Source: an uncultured virus (IMG/VR IMGVR_UViG_3300042861_002374)
Lineage: Varidnaviria > Bamfordvirae
DNA: 64,000 bases
Direction: 5' to 3' (one strand)
Virus record (IMG/VR): IMGVR_UViG_3300042861_002374
Positions 62,716 to 64,000 of the stretch are shown here, one piece after another. The position numbers and the translations under genes are program-made. Position 1 is the first letter of the stretch. Each line of letters begins with the position of its first letter. The notes beneath the pieces are model-generated. The model made no database searches and was not told the origin of the DNA. It was given only the letters and a program-made list of their open reading frames with translations.

Positions 62716-63066
62716 ATGTCAATACAGTACCAACAAAATGCACCTTCAATGTCATTTCAAGCAGGTGATCCAATTTCCCAACTACCAGTTGATAAAAATC
62801 CTCCTAATATTAATGAAATACATATAATAGATACTTTGTTTAAAAAACATCGCAAAACTATGGATGTTATTTTAGAAGAAGCAAAAGATGCTATAATAGT
62901 CGGATTATTAATTATAGGTTTCTGCTTGCCACAAGTTGATAATATTATAAATAAAATTTTACCTATTAGCCAAAAATCTGTTTATTTTTTACTTGCAATA
63001 AAAGGTATATTAGCTTCTATAATCTATTGGTTTATTAAACATTTTTATCTTTCGCGTAAATCTTAA
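62716..63066 (+). CDS. Two-TM membrane protein
   Basis: ATG at 62716 avoids overlap with the divergent gene; GDPISQLPVD followed by two hydrophobic helices. Confidence 0.7.
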   Translation: MSIQYQQNAPSMSFQAGDPISQLPVDKNPPNINEIHIIDTLFKKHRKTMDVILEEAKDAIIVGLLIIGFCLPQVDNIINKILPISQKSVYFLLAIKGILASIIYWFIKHFYLSRKS

Positions 63067-63084
63067 TTATTCTATATATAATAA

Positions 63085-64000
63085 ATGAATAATAAAAAGA
63101 AATATATTATAGCTGGATGTATTATTATCGTATTTATAACTATTGGATTAATATTAGGTTTAACACATAAAGAAAGTGGATCAATTGGACAAGGAAGCAA
63201 AGGTGTGTTCACTGAAATTCCATTCATATATAAAGCAGATAAAAATACAATGCAACCTTGTGATGCAAATTCTCCTGATTTACTTTGCCCAACTGGGATA
63301 ACAACTTATGAAGATACATACGCAAAACATGGACTTTGGTACGTAGATCCGTTGAATGATCCTACAAAATCAATATGTCAATCTTTATACACAAAAACAT
63401 GTACTGCTGCTGATAAAACAAACTGTAATTTAGATCAAGGAGATCCACTTCTTAAAGGTAATGGAGATAAATATTCTGGCTGGTGCAATTATTATGGTAA
63501 TCAAGTAGAGAACCCTTTTAGTATTTGTTGTAATGTAGGAGATTATGCTCATGCTAAACCACAATGGAACTGGATTATTGGAACATGTAAAGGATATAAC
63601 TGTCAAAATCTAGATTATCATACAGACGCAAAAAATCACGGTACAGATCTAATTGTCAATTATGTTGGAGCATATCAATATGATCAGAAATCAGAAATTT
63701 GGGTATGTCAACAAGATAGTTCTTTTAATATGGATGGTAAACATAATCCACAAGATATAATGAAAGTTGATGAAAATTGGCTTCCCGGACCTTTACCCGG
63801 AGGAGCTAGTAATTGGGGATATGGTTATTACCCAGCCGGTCGTACTGGAGTTGGTGCTCCAGCTTTCGCATTTATCCTTTCAGTTGAAAAAATGTTTAAT
63901 GTAGCATGGTATATGTTAAACCAGGCTACATTAGATAGAGGACCTGCTAATAAAATGGGAGAAGTTATTTTACAAAAAATAGGTCTAAACCCAGAAGAAG
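63085..64000 (+). CDS. Membrane-anchored Cys/Trp-rich protein (partial, runs off window)
   Basis: MNNKKKYILAGCIIIVFITIGLILGL..., open to the window end. Confidence 0.75.
   Translation, partial: MNNKKKYIIAGCIIIVFITIGLILGLTHKESGSIGQGSKGVFTEIPFIYKADKNTMQPCDANSPDLLCPTGITTYEDTYAKHGLWYVDPLNDPTKSICQSLYTKTCTAADKTNCNLDQGDPLLKGNGDKYSGWCNYYGNQVENPFSICCNVGDYAHAKPQWNWIIGTCKGYNCQNLDYHTDAKNHGTDLIVNYVGAYQYDQKSEIWVCQQDSSFNMDGKHNPQDIMKVDENWLPGPLPGGASNWGYGYYPAGRTGVGAPAFAFILSVEKMFNVAWYMLNQATLDRGPANKMGEVILQKIGLNPEE

Overview
AT-rich, gene-dense, intron-less segment of a giant dsDNA virus (Nucleocytoviricota). The evidence is eukaryote-type RPB2, RPB10, TFIIB, a TBP-like factor, a VLTF2-like late factor, a NIF/FCP1-type phosphatase, thymidine kinase, dNMP kinase and RNase H. 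An irido/marseille/pitho-like (Pimascovirales) affinity is an inference only. The first 12.8 kb is one minus-strand ORF of more than 4,278 codons, missing from the ORF track because it runs off the window. It encodes a very long collagen-like fibre protein. RPB2 carries four inteins: two are related and sit 7 residues apart, and one ends in Gly-Gln. The most notable unexplained structure is a dispersed cassette. It consists of a conserved non-coding inverted-repeat element, whose 15-nt hairpin core is inverted between copies, upstream of paralogous C2H2 zinc-finger genes. There are two intact copies and one decayed relic, resembling the MIGE elements of Imitervirales. Also present are tandem WW-domain CYLD-like deubiquitinases, a stand-alone Vint/Hint domain lacking Cys1, a thaumatin-like membrane protein, a histone-H1-like repeat protein, 3' hairpins and two candidate promoter classes. 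All family assignments come from motif recognition by eye; no searches were run.
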